A DNA stretch of 64,000 nucleotides from Polyangiaceae bacterium (GTDB taxonomy: Bacteria; Myxococcota_A; Polyangia; Polyangiales; Polyangiaceae), in assembly GCA_044224495.1 (NCBI GenBank), contig JBGAKG010000005.1, positions 236,711-300,710 on the forward strand. Direction: 5' to 3'. This document shows positions 8,448 through 16,970 of the stretch, one piece after another. The first letter of the stretch is position 1. Each line of letters starts with the position of its first letter. The translations under genes and the position numbers were made by a program. Under the pieces are notes generated by a model. It was not told the origin of the DNA. It saw nothing but the letters and a program-made list of their open reading frames with translations, and searched no databases.

Positions 8448-10435
8448 TTCTTCGGCTTGACGAGCAGGTAGCCGACCATCTCGAGGTGGAGCGCCGAGCA
8501 GAACTCGGTGCAGTAGAACGGATAGGCACCCGGCATGTCGGCCTTGAACGAGATGTTCTCGTGCTTGCCGGGCTCGAGGCTCACGTTGACGTTGTAGAGG
8601 TTGACCTCGAAGCCGTGGACCTGGTCCTCGGCCTGCTCGAGGCTGGTGACGTGGATGTTGACGGTGTCGCCCTCGTCCACCTCGATTCGGTCCGGCGTGA
8701 AGTGGCTACGGACCGCCGTCATGTAGACGTCGACCACGTTGCCGTTGCGGACGATCCGCTCCTTGCCGCCCTCGGTCGCGTTCGGGTCCTTCTGGTCGGT
8801 GATGACGTTCGTCCCCGGCGCGTACATCTTCAGCGGCTTCAGCTTGTCGGTCTTGATCATCTGCGAGTAGTGGGGCTCGCCGAAGCCGATCGGCATGTCG
8901 TAGAGGAGCCGCATCTTCTCGCCCGTGATGTCGATGAGCTGGAAGTTCTGCGGGTAGAGCGGACCGACGCCGGTGAAGCGGTCGATCGACATCTTGTTCA
9001 TTGCGACGACGTACTTGCCGTCGGGGCTGACGGTGTCGCCCTCGGCCGCGAGGATGTGTCCGATGTTGTAGTGGACCGAGATCTTCTCGATCTGCTTCAT
9101 GTCCTTGACGCTCCACTTCACGACCTTGCTCTCGAGGAAGAGCGAGGTGTAGCCGTTCATCTGGTCGTCGAAGACCGTGTGGAGCGGGCCGAGGCCGAGC
9201 TCGACCTGACCGCGGATCGAATCCTTGAAGGGGAGGATCGGGATGCCGTAGGCGTCCTTGCCCTCGAACTTCTTCTGCGCGATGAGGTCCTTGACCTTGG
9301 AGAACTCGTACAGCGTCGCGTGCGTGTCGAGCTTGCCGCCGACGACGACCGCGGTGCCGTCCGGCGTCACGTCGCAGCCGTGCGGGCTCTTCGGCTCGCC
9401 GATGAGCGTGAGGACGCCCTCTTCGCCGCTCACCGCGAGCGGGAGGACCTTCATCCCCTTGATCGTGACGGCCTTGCCGGCGTTCACGAGCTCCTCGGCT
9501 TTGCGCCAGTTGATGACGTGGAGGTAGTCCATGTCGTTCTGGGAGGCGCCGCTCTCGATCGCCGGCTTGCCCTCGAGCGTGCCGCCGATCGCCATCTCGG
9601 TGTTGAACGAGTTGATGAACACCCAACCGTCCGAGACGAGCTTGCCCGCGTCGGCGAGATCCTGCGTGTACGGCGGGAGCTCGACGCCGAAGCTCTTCTC
9701 CGGATCGATCCGCTTCTTCGCGCGGTCGAACTTCCAGAACATGGCGAGCCCGCGCCACTTCTCCTTGTACTGCTCGATCGGCACGTACTCGCGCCCGAGC
9801 GGCGACGGGTACTGCGTCGTCTCGATCACGTAGTCGGTGTTCGGCGTCACGAACGCGCCGCCGTGGTCGCTCGCGACGAGCGGGTTGGCGACGATCTGCT
9901 TCGTGACGAAGTCCTCGAGATCGACGACCGCGACGCGCGCGTTCGCCTTGTCGTTCACGAAGAGGAACTGGCCGTCGTAGTCACCCTTCGTCTCGGAGAG
10001 GTTCGGGTGGTGAACGTCGGCCCACGTGATTTTGTGGTTTCCCTGCGCACCTCCGGCGATGACCTTGTCCGTCTCGCCGCCGTAGCCGTAGCCCTGCCAC
10101 GGCTCGGGGGTGAACACGCCGATGAGCTTCAAGAGGCGCATCGACGGGACACCGATCGCGGCGACCTGGCCGGAGTGGCCGCCCGACGCGAAGATCATGT
10201 AGTCGTCCTTCTTGCCGGTCGGGACGTAGGTCTTGAGCGCCCCTTCGACGTCGGCCTCGGTGAGACCGCGGGCCGCCATCAAGTCCTTGATGTTGGCCGA
10301 CGCGCCGAGGTTCGAGCTCCCGCCTTGCTGTTCCTTCGCCTGTTGCTCTGCCTTGTTCGTGCACGACGCCCCGGCGACGGTCCCCGCGCCGATCACGATG
10401 AGCGCCAGCGCTCCTCGTTTCCACCAAGAACCCAT
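8444..10435 (-). CDS. nosZ: nitrous-oxide reductase NosZ, Sec-dependent (clade II) type
   Basis: 663 aa from ATG 10435 (GGAGG 7 nt upstream); N-terminal Sec/lipoprotein-like signal MGSWWKRGALALIVIGAGTVAGASC with no twin-Arg motif; seven-bladed propeller region; C-terminal cupredoxin CuA site '...YCTEFCSALHLEM'; no C-terminal cytochrome domain. Confidence 0.9.
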   Translation of the reverse strand: MGSWWKRGALALIVIGAGTVAGASCTNKAEQQAKEQQGGSSNLGASANIKDLMAARGLTEADVEGALKTYVPTGKKDDYMIFASGGHSGQVAAIGVPSMRLLKLIGVFTPEPWQGYGYGGETDKVIAGGAQGNHKITWADVHHPNLSETKGDYDGQFLFVNDKANARVAVVDLEDFVTKQIVANPLVASDHGGAFVTPNTDYVIETTQYPSPLGREYVPIEQYKEKWRGLAMFWKFDRAKKRIDPEKSFGVELPPYTQDLADAGKLVSDGWVFINSFNTEMAIGGTLEGKPAIESGASQNDMDYLHVINWRKAEELVNAGKAVTIKGMKVLPLAVSGEEGVLTLIGEPKSPHGCDVTPDGTAVVVGGKLDTHATLYEFSKVKDLIAQKKFEGKDAYGIPILPFKDSIRGQVELGLGPLHTVFDDQMNGYTSLFLESKVVKWSVKDMKQIEKISVHYNIGHILAAEGDTVSPDGKYVVAMNKMSIDRFTGVGPLYPQNFQLIDITGEKMRLLYDMPIGFGEPHYSQMIKTDKLKPLKMYAPGTNVITDQKDPNATEGGKERIVRNGNVVDVYMTAVRSHFTPDRIEVDEGDTVNIHVTSLEQAEDQVHGFEVNLYNVNVSLEPGKHENISFKADMPGAYPFYCTEFCSALHLEMVGYLLVKPKK

Positions 10436-10516
10436 GATTGCCTCCACCCTGCACAGCGCCACCACGGCACCCTCGTCGCAGGTGAGGAGACAGTGCGGTC
10501 CGCGCAGGGCGATCGC

Positions 10517-10532
10517 CATGACGGGTGTCATC
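10517..10532. promoter_or_regulatory. FNR/Dnr-like palindromic box cATGAC-GGGT-GTCATc in nosZ / nosB2 divergent promoter
   Basis: Perfect inverted repeat TGAC-N4-GTCA, one mismatch per half-site from TTGAT-N4-ATCAA; located 82-97 nt upstream of nosZ ATG. Confidence 0.45.
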
Positions 10533-10582
10533 TCCAAACACGCGTTCGGCGCAAACCTTGCGCCCGAACGAGCACGGGGACC

Positions 10583-10598
10583 GATGACGGGCGTCATC
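10583..10598. promoter_or_regulatory. second FNR/Dnr-like box GATGAC-GGGC-GTCATC in the same divergent promoter
   Basis: Perfect 6-4-6 inverted repeat, 66 bp from the first copy, 34-49 nt upstream of nosB-paralog ATG 10632. Confidence 0.45.
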
Positions 10599-10631
10599 GA
10601 TCCCGGCGCGCGAACGGCTCACCCTCGGTCC

Positions 10632-11282
10632 ATGAAGGACCGCGAGCTCTCGGGGTTTTATCGCTTCCTCGCCCAGCCGTTGTTCTTCCGCGCGCGCTTC
10701 GTCGTCGGTGCGCTGAGCGTGCTGTTGGCGGCGGCCTTCGCGTTCCCCCTGTGGCGGGTCGAAATCGCTGCGCCGCAATATCCGCGGGGGCTCACGCTCG
10801 AGGTCTACGCCCACGCGCTGGAGAGCGGCCACGGCGGAGCCGACCTCCGCGATCTGAACGTGCTCCATCAGTTCTTCGGGATGCGCGCGCTCGACGACGG
10901 CGCGCTCGGCGATCTCGCGTGGCTCCCGTTCGCGCTCGGGTTGCTCGTGATCTTGGGCCTGCGTTGCGCGGCGATCGGCGAGGTCCGCTCGCTGATCGAT
11001 CTGGTGGTGACGAGCCTGTACGTCGCGGCGTTCACGCTCGTGCGCTTCGCGCTCGTGCTGCGGCGCTTCGGGGAGCTCGATCCCGACGCTCCGGTGAAGG
11101 TGGCGCCGTTCACGCCGCCGATGGTCGGGACCGCGACCGCAGGCGAAGTGACCTCGCACGCGTCGTTCGGGCTCGGGACCTGGTTCGCGCTCGCGTTCGG
11201 CCTCGGGATCCTCGCCACGCTCGTCGTCCACTTGGTGCGCGGGCGCCGCGCCCAGGCGGCCGAGCCGGAGCAGAAGGCGTGA
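10632..11282 (+). CDS. NosB-like membrane protein, paralog of 7716-8447
   Basis: 216 aa from ATG 10632 (alt. ATG 10584 lies inside the FNR-like box); clear paralogy to nosB product (APQYP.GL, LN.LH.F.GM, LDD, DPxAP..PFTP blocks conserved); divergent from nosZ. Confidence 0.6.
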   Translation: MKDRELSGFYRFLAQPLFFRARFVVGALSVLLAAAFAFPLWRVEIAAPQYPRGLTLEVYAHALESGHGGADLRDLNVLHQFFGMRALDDGALGDLAWLPFALGLLVILGLRCAAIGEVRSLIDLVVTSLYVAAFTLVRFALVLRRFGELDPDAPVKVAPFTPPMVGTATAGEVTSHASFGLGTWFALAFGLGILATLVVHLVRGRRAQAAEPEQKA

Positions 11283-12187
11283 AGCGCCTCGCACTCGCGC
11301 TCGCGTTCGGCTTCGTCGCGGCCTGCGATCGGACGACGCCCTCCCCGGAGACGAAGGCGCGCGAGAATGACGCTGCCGCGATGGCGACGGCACCAGCCGC
11401 GCCGGCATGCACGCCACGGAGCGCGGAGAAGCTCGGGTTCCCGTTCCTCCGCATCTGTCCGCCCGGCGAGGCAGGTTTCTGGATCAACGCGGCGCCGATG
11501 GGGTGCTCCGCCGGCGACCACGACTCCATCCGTTGTCCGCTCGTGACGGCGGTCGCGCACCCGGCCCGTCAGCCCGGCGCAGCGATCCCTTCGAGCGCCG
11601 CCGCGGTGATCGACGCGGAGACGGCGGCGCGCCTCTGCTACTTCCGGATGGGCGGTCACCTCGCGTCGCGCGCCGAGCGCGCGAAGGCGCGGGCGGCAGC
11701 GGGGTTGGTCACCGTCCTCGTGACCGAGTCCGAGTCGGCCGCCGGGCGCTTCGGCTTCGACGAGCTCCCGGAGTGGGTCTTCGAGGAGAGCGGCGCGTCC
11801 TGCGAGAACGCTCTCCCGAGCGAGTCGTGCCACACCGGGCTCTACCCTTCGACGGCGCGGAGCGCGGCGGTACCGTGGACCGCCGTGCGCGCGTGCGAGG
11901 CCACGTTCGGAGCGCGCCGGCCCGACGGGCTCTCGCTCGTCGCGCTGGGCGAGCGGTGCCCTTCCCCGCCGCTCGCGCTCGACGGCGGTGCGCTCGCGAC
12001 GGTTCCGTGCGCGCTACGAAGCGCCGCCACCGATCCGAACGGCATCCCGTCGCCGGCCGCGTTCACGTTCGCCTGCCGGCGCCCGGCGCCGAGCGCGCAC
12101 CCCGAGGGCGTCGCGCCCGACGTCGCCGCCTACCGCTGCGTGATCCCCGAGAACGCCCTCGGCACGTTCGACGTGCCGGGGCGCTGA
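11279..12187 (+). CDS. Cys-rich secreted lipoprotein, hypothetical; possible FGE/SUMF1-like fold (weak)
   Basis: GTG 11279 overlaps nosB-paralog stop (GTGA); lipoprotein signal VKRLALALAFGFVAAC; GC3-rich throughout; 'CYFRMGG' and 'PEWVFEE' segments loosely resemble FGE-domain motifs; 12 Cys. Confidence 0.5.
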   Translation: MKRLALALAFGFVAACDRTTPSPETKARENDAAAMATAPAAPACTPRSAEKLGFPFLRICPPGEAGFWINAAPMGCSAGDHDSIRCPLVTAVAHPARQPGAAIPSSAAAVIDAETAARLCYFRMGGHLASRAERAKARAAAGLVTVLVTESESAAGRFGFDELPEWVFEESGASCENALPSESCHTGLYPSTARSAAVPWTAVRACEATFGARRPDGLSLVALGERCPSPPLALDGGALATVPCALRSAATDPNGIPSPAAFTFACRRPAPSAHPEGVAPDVAAYRCVIPENALGTFDVPGR

Positions 12188-12209
12188 GTCTGCACTCCGA
12201 ACCGAGCGC

Positions 12210-12794
12210 TCACTTCTTCGGCGGGAGGATCACCGTGTCGACGACGTGCACGATGCCGTTCATCACCCGAATGGAGGCGACGATCGTGGCGTCGTCGACC
12301 ATGGTCTTTCCGTCCTTCACGTGGAACGTGACCTTGGTCCCGTCCGCCATCGCGAGCGTCTGCCCGTCCTTCATGTCCTTCGTCTCGAGGATCGGGACCG
12401 CGGCGTGGTGCTGGAGGATGAGCTTCAGGTCGGTCCGGTGCTCGGGCTTCATGAGGTCGTCGAGCGTGCCCTTCGGCAGCTTGTCGAACGCCGCGTTCGT
12501 GGGCGCGAACACCGTGTAGACGCCGCCCGGGCTCGCGAGGGACTCGACCAGATCGGCGGTCTGGAGCGCCGTCACGAGGGTCGTGTGATCCTTCGAGCCG
12601 ACCGCGACGTCGACGACGGTCTTCTCGTTGTCGGGCTTCGGGGCGGCGGGGGCGGTCGCCGTGGGCGCCGCGGTCGTTGCGACGGCAGCGGATTTCGCCG
12701 AGGCCGACCCCGCGGCCGCGGACGTCTCGGATTTGTCTTCACAGGCGACGGCAGCGGTGAGGAGCAGGACAGCGACGAACGAAAACGTCTTCAT
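12210..12794 (-). CDS. fasciclin (FAS1) domain lipoprotein
   Basis: 194 aa from ATG 12794 (GGGAGG RBS); lipobox LTAAVAC; 'TVFAPTNAAF', 'ILQHH' FAS1 motifs. Confidence 0.75.
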   Translation of the reverse strand: MKTFSFVAVLLLTAAVACEDKSETSAAAGSASAKSAAVATTAAPTATAPAAPKPDNEKTVVDVAVGSKDHTTLVTALQTADLVESLASPGGVYTVFAPTNAAFDKLPKGTLDDLMKPEHRTDLKLILQHHAAVPILETKDMKDGQTLAMADGTKVTFHVKDGKTMVDDATIVASIRVMNGIVHVVDTVILPPKK

Positions 12795-12859
12795 GGAGGG
12801 ACCTCCCGGTGCGGAAGCCTCGCCATGTGGCGCCCCAGGCGCCATGACGGACGTCAGGG

Positions 12860-14467
12860 TCACCCCCGCGCGCGCTTCAGCCGCCGCATGAGCCCACCGC
12901 CGACCTCCTCGAGCTCCGGGCTCCGAAGGGCCCAGGCCGCCACCCCGAACCCTGCCGCGAACGCGACGCCAGCCACCAGACCCGGCAGGAGCGTGCCGTG
13001 GCCCGAGAGAAGCCGTGCGCTCCCCCACCCCATCGCGCCGCCAATGCCAGACGCCGCCAGCGTGCGGGCCACCGAGCCTCCAATCTCCGCCCCTTCGAGC
13101 CCGCGGAGCTTCCGCCGCGCCGCGATCCAGAGGAGCAGCATCTGCACGAAGCTCGAGCCCGCGACCGCCGCGCTGATCCCGGCGTGGCCCATCGGCCCCC
13201 GCAGCCCGACCGCGAGCGCGATGAACACGAGCAAGTCGATCACGCTCACCACGACCGGGGTCTTCGTGTCGCCCATCGCGTGGAACACCGGCACGAGCTG
13301 GCGCACCGCCGACACGGTCCAGATCGCGCCGCCCTGCCAGAGGAGCGAGCGCGCAGTCTCGGTCGTGGCGCGCGCGTCGAAGTGCCCGCGCTGGAACAAG
13401 AGCGCCACGAGCGGCTCACCCAGCGCGACCAGCGCCACGCTGCACGGGATCGCGACGAAGAGCGCGAGCCGCATCCCGTGCGCCCACGTCTTTCGGACCT
13501 CGTCGATCGCGCCCTTCGCCGCGAGCGCGCTGAGCGAGGGGAGCGCCGCCGTCGAGATCGCCATCACGAAGATGCCCTGCGGGAAGTCGCAGAGGCGCAT
13601 CGCCCACGAGAACCAGCTCTGCGGTCCCTCGCCGAGCTCGGAGAGAAACCGGCGCGAGATCACGAGGTCGACGTAGTAGACGCCGATGCCGAACGTCATC
13701 GGTAGGAGGCGCCGAAGCGCCTCGCGCACGCCCGGATCGGCGAAGTCGAGCTTCGGCCGCCCGAAGAACCCAATCGCGCGGAGCGCGGGCCACTGCGCGA
13801 CGACCTGGAGCGCGCCACCCACGAGCGCGCCGACCGCGAGCGCGAGCGAACGGTCGATGCCGGCCGCTGCCAGCGGTCCGGGGAGCGCGAACGCCGCGAT
13901 CAGGAACGCGACGTTCAGGAGCGCCGGGGCGAACGCCGCGACGCCGAAGCGCCGCTTCGCGTTGAGCGCCGCCATGCCGAGCGCGGCGGTCCCCATGAAG
14001 AAGATGTACGGGAACACCCAGCGCGTGAGCTCCACCGTGCGCTCGAACTGGGCGCCCTCGTAGCCGCCCGCGAAGAGCGCGGTGAGCGGACGCGCGAAGA
14101 CGACGCCCAAGATCGTGACGACGGTGAGCGCGAGGAGCGACGCGCCGCGGATGCGCGCGAAGAACGCCTTTCCCGCCTCGTCGCCCTCGGTCGCGAGCTT
14201 GCCGGAGAGCACCGGAACGACCGCGCTCGAGATCGCGCCCTCGCCCAGGATCTGGCGGAGCGCGTTCGGGATCGTGAAGGCGACGAAGAACGCGTCGGTC
14301 TCGGCGCGCCCGAAGATCGCGGCGAGCGCCATGTCGCGCCCGAGCCCGAGCACGCGCGACGCCAGCGTGCCGGCGCCGATGATGCCCGCGCGCCCGGCGA
14401 GCTTCTTCCGCTCCGCCGCTCCCTCGGCGCTGGCGTCCTTCGGCTCGCCACGAGCGGGCTCGGTCAT
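12860..14467 (-). CDS. murJ: lipid II flippase MurJ (MviN)
   Basis: 535 aa from ATG 14467; 14-TM MOP-superfamily product with conserved N-terminal 'GTLASRVLGLGRDMALAAIFG' block; 12860-14806 ORF upstream part is Arg-rich artefact. Confidence 0.85.
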   Translation of the reverse strand: MTEPARGEPKDASAEGAAERKKLAGRAGIIGAGTLASRVLGLGRDMALAAIFGRAETDAFFVAFTIPNALRQILGEGAISSAVVPVLSGKLATEGDEAGKAFFARIRGASLLALTVVTILGVVFARPLTALFAGGYEGAQFERTVELTRWVFPYIFFMGTAALGMAALNAKRRFGVAAFAPALLNVAFLIAAFALPGPLAAAGIDRSLALAVGALVGGALQVVAQWPALRAIGFFGRPKLDFADPGVREALRRLLPMTFGIGVYYVDLVISRRFLSELGEGPQSWFSWAMRLCDFPQGIFVMAISTAALPSLSALAAKGAIDEVRKTWAHGMRLALFVAIPCSVALVALGEPLVALLFQRGHFDARATTETARSLLWQGGAIWTVSAVRQLVPVFHAMGDTKTPVVVSVIDLLVFIALAVGLRGPMGHAGISAAVAGSSFVQMLLLWIAARRKLRGLEGAEIGGSVARTLAASGIGGAMGWGSARLLSGHGTLLPGLVAGVAFAAGFGVAAWALRSPELEEVGGGLMRRLKRARG

Positions 14468-14469
14468 CG

Positions 14470-14829
14470 TCACTCCCGCGGCACCGGCTCGTGCGCCGCC
14501 ATCGGCGAGCCCGGCGCGCAGGCCGCGCACTGACAGAGCGAGCGCAGGTACCGGTACGAGTAGAGCCCGGTGTCGTGCCCGTCGAACCACTTGATCGCGA
14601 GCGCGTAGTTGCCGACGAGCGAGATGTCGTCGATCTCGAGCGCGATGCCGTCGCGCTCCTGGAACGCGATCGTTCCGGAGTGCCCCTGGCACCCCGCGCA
14701 CGGGCAGTAGCCGCGCAGGATCACGTGCGGGAGCACGGAGCGGTGCCCGTCGCCCCACTCGATCTCGGTGGAGGTCGCGCCGCGCGGCGAGCGGACGGCT
14801 TTGCAACGGAAGCGGGGATCGGTGGTCAC
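14470..14829 (-). CDS. DUF971 / gamma-butyrobetaine hydroxylase N-terminal-like domain protein
   Basis: 119 aa; CPCAGC..C motif, 'LAIKWFDGHDTGLYSYRYLR' typical of DUF971; ATG overlaps upstream kinase stop. Confidence 0.6.
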   Translation of the reverse strand: MTTDPRFRCKAVRSPRGATSTEIEWGDGHRSVLPHVILRGYCPCAGCQGHSGTIAFQERDGIALEIDDISLVGNYALAIKWFDGHDTGLYSYRYLRSLCQCAACAPGSPMAAHEPVPRE

Positions 14830-15797
14830 GGGGAGCTCTTCGCGCGGAGGGTTCTCAGCGACCCGCGGATGCCGGCGAGACCGACGACGCCGGCGACTGC
14901 GCCCGGCCGCGAGACCGCTTTGGCTCCCAGCTTATGCCCCACCCCGAGCGCGGCGGCAAACACCCGGGGATCCGCGAAGCGAGCGTTCTCCGGCGCGGCG
15001 CTTTGCGCGAGAAGCGCCGCGAGCACGCCGGCGATGAACGCGTCCCCCGCCCCGGTCGCGTCCACGCAGCGCACGGGTCGCCCGGCGACGCTCACCTCGC
15101 CGAAGGAGCCCCGAGCCCGCGCCGGCCGCTCGCCGTCGGTCAGGATCCAGACGGCCGACGGCGCGTGCCGGCGGAGAAAGCGCTCGCCCCCGACCGCCTC
15201 GAGATCGGGCTTGGAGGCCTTCACCAGGGCCGCGTGCTCCAGGAGCTCGGCGATCCGCGCACGCATGACGGTCCGGTCCTTCCAGAGGTGCGCGCGCACG
15301 TTCAGATCGACGACGATCGCAGCTCCGCCGCGACGCGCGTGGCGGAGAAACGCTCGGGTCGCGCTCGCCAATCCCGGGTGGAGCATCGTGCTCGTCCCCA
15401 CGAGCGCCCAACGCGCGCGGAACGGCGTCAGCTGCGCGGCGCGGACGCTCATGTCCGCGGTCTCGTGGCGGTAGAAGAGAAAGCTCGGCTCGCCACGGGC
15501 GTCGCGGCGCACGAACGCGAGCCCGGTGCGGTTCGGGAGCCGGATCAGCCCGTCGGTGACGACGCCCTCGCGCGCGAGCGCCCGCGCCAGCGCTTCGCCG
15601 AACGCGTCCGCGCCGATGCCGCCGACGACGGCCGCGCGGACGCCGAGCCGCGCGAGATCGACGGCGAAGTTCGCGGGCGCCCCACCGAGCTCGCGCCGGA
15701 AGCGGCGCGCGATCGGATCGCCGTCCGGGCGCGGGCCGTCCTCGAACACGTCCCAGAGGATCTCGCCGAAGGCGACGACGTCCGCCGCGAGCGTCAT
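14826..15797 (-). CDS. PfkB-family carbohydrate kinase (ribokinase/fructokinase-like)
   Basis: 323 aa from ATG 15797; N-terminal 'VVAFGEILWDVF' and C-terminal 'DATGAGDAFIAGVLAAL' PfkB signatures. Confidence 0.75.
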   Translation of the reverse strand: MTLAADVVAFGEILWDVFEDGPRPDGDPIARRFRRELGGAPANFAVDLARLGVRAAVVGGIGADAFGEALARALAREGVVTDGLIRLPNRTGLAFVRRDARGEPSFLFYRHETADMSVRAAQLTPFRARWALVGTSTMLHPGLASATRAFLRHARRGGAAIVVDLNVRAHLWKDRTVMRARIAELLEHAALVKASKPDLEAVGGERFLRRHAPSAVWILTDGERPARARGSFGEVSVAGRPVRCVDATGAGDAFIAGVLAALLAQSAAPENARFADPRVFAAALGVGHKLGAKAVSRPGAVAGVVGLAGIRGSLRTLRAKSSP

Positions 15798-16510
15798 GCT
15801 TCGTAGCCCGTGTGCGCGGCCATCGAGGCGTCCACCAAGTCGGTCAAGGTCGCGACGAGCTCGGCCGACGGCGGCTCGGCGAGCGGGCGCCCGGCTGCGA
15901 GCGCGCGGGCGGCCGCCCGTGCGGCGGCCGAGAGGACGAAACCGCCGCCGCCGCAGGCACGGCACAGGAGCCCGCCGCGCGTGGTGTCGAACGCGGCCGG
16001 GCGCTCGGCGGGGCACGCCTTGCCGCAACGGATGCAGCGCTCGAGCTCCAGCCCATAGCCCGCCTCGCCGAGCAGGCGCAGCCCGAACGCCGCGAGCGCG
16101 AGTCCCGCTTGGCCGGGCTCGGCGTCGATCCGATCGAGGAGCTCGGTGGCCTCGTGGAAGACGCCCGGCTCGGGCGTACGCGGCGGGCACACGTGGCGGA
16201 CCCAACGGAGGGCGCGCCCCGCAGCGTCGAGCGCGCCGAGGTTGGACGCGAGCCCGAGCCGCACGCGTTGGATGGCGGCTTCCTTCAGGGTCGCGACATC
16301 GGTGCCGCGGTCGTCGTAGCCCAAGCGCACGGTGTGGAACGGCTCCAACGCGCCACCGAGCCGCGCCGTGCCCTTGCGGGCGCCGCGCGCGATGAGCGCC
16401 ACGCGGCCTTCGGCCTCGCCGAGGAACGTCGCGATGACGTCGGCCTCGCCGTAGGCGACGGCTCGGAGCAGGAGCGCGTCGGTGGTCACCCGCCGTACGG
16501 CGCGGCGCAC
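15794..16510 (-). CDS. recO: DNA repair protein RecO
   Basis: 238 aa; OB-fold N-term, C-terminal zinc finger CIRCGK..C..CRAC; stop overlaps kinase start. Confidence 0.8.
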   Translation of the reverse strand: MRRAVRRVTTDALLLRAVAYGEADVIATFLGEAEGRVALIARGARKGTARLGGALEPFHTVRLGYDDRGTDVATLKEAAIQRVRLGLASNLGALDAAGRALRWVRHVCPPRTPEPGVFHEATELLDRIDAEPGQAGLALAAFGLRLLGEAGYGLELERCIRCGKACPAERPAAFDTTRGGLLCRACGGGGFVLSAAARAAARALAAGRPLAEPPSAELVATLTDLVDASMAAHTGYEA

Positions 16511-16511
16511 G

Positions 16512-16949
16512 TCAACCCAGGAGCGTGGTCGGTGCCGGGGCGTTGCCCTGGCTGAGCTCGGGCGGGATGTCGTGGCCGCGGGGCTTCAACACGATCGAGA
16601 GCGCGAGGGTGAACAGAATCAGGAGGACCACGAACGCGATGGCGACGCCGAGGCGCTTGCCACCGTCACGGACGGCCTTCACGGGAGACGTGACCGGCAG
16701 CGGCGTCACGATCGCGACGCGGCGGCTCGAGGTGTAGCGCGCGAGGATCTCGTCCGGCGCAGCGCCGACGGCGACCGCGAACGACTTGAGGAAGCCGCGA
16801 ACGAAGACCTCGCCCGGGAGCTCGTCGAAGCGATCGGACTCGATCGACGCGAGCGTGCCGACGGGGATGCGAGTCACGCGCGAGACCTCGGGCAGGCTCA
16901 TCTGCCGAAGATCGCGGTGATGCTTGAGGAGGCTTCCGACCGATTCCAT
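16512..16949 (-). CDS. helix-turn-helix domain membrane protein (RodZ-like N-terminal module)
   Basis: 145 aa; N-terminal XRE-type HTH (LRQMSLPEVSRVTRIPVGTLASIE) followed by single TM segment. Confidence 0.55.
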   Translation of the reverse strand: MESVGSLLKHHRDLRQMSLPEVSRVTRIPVGTLASIESDRFDELPGEVFVRGFLKSFAVAVGAAPDEILARYTSSRRVAIVTPLPVTSPVKAVRDGGKRLGVAIAFVVLLILFTLALSIVLKPRGHDIPPELSQGNAPAPTTLLG

Positions 16950-16970
16950 TCGTACCTTTCGTCGTTTCGC

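Noticed and set aside
8486-11278. 1233-aa + strand ORF 8486..12187 antisense to nosZ
   Set aside because: Antisense to the conserved nosZ gene and its translation is Arg/Asp/Glu/Val low-complexity. Only the terminal 11279-12187 segment (lipoprotein signal, GC3-rich, GTGA-coupled to nosB2) was kept.
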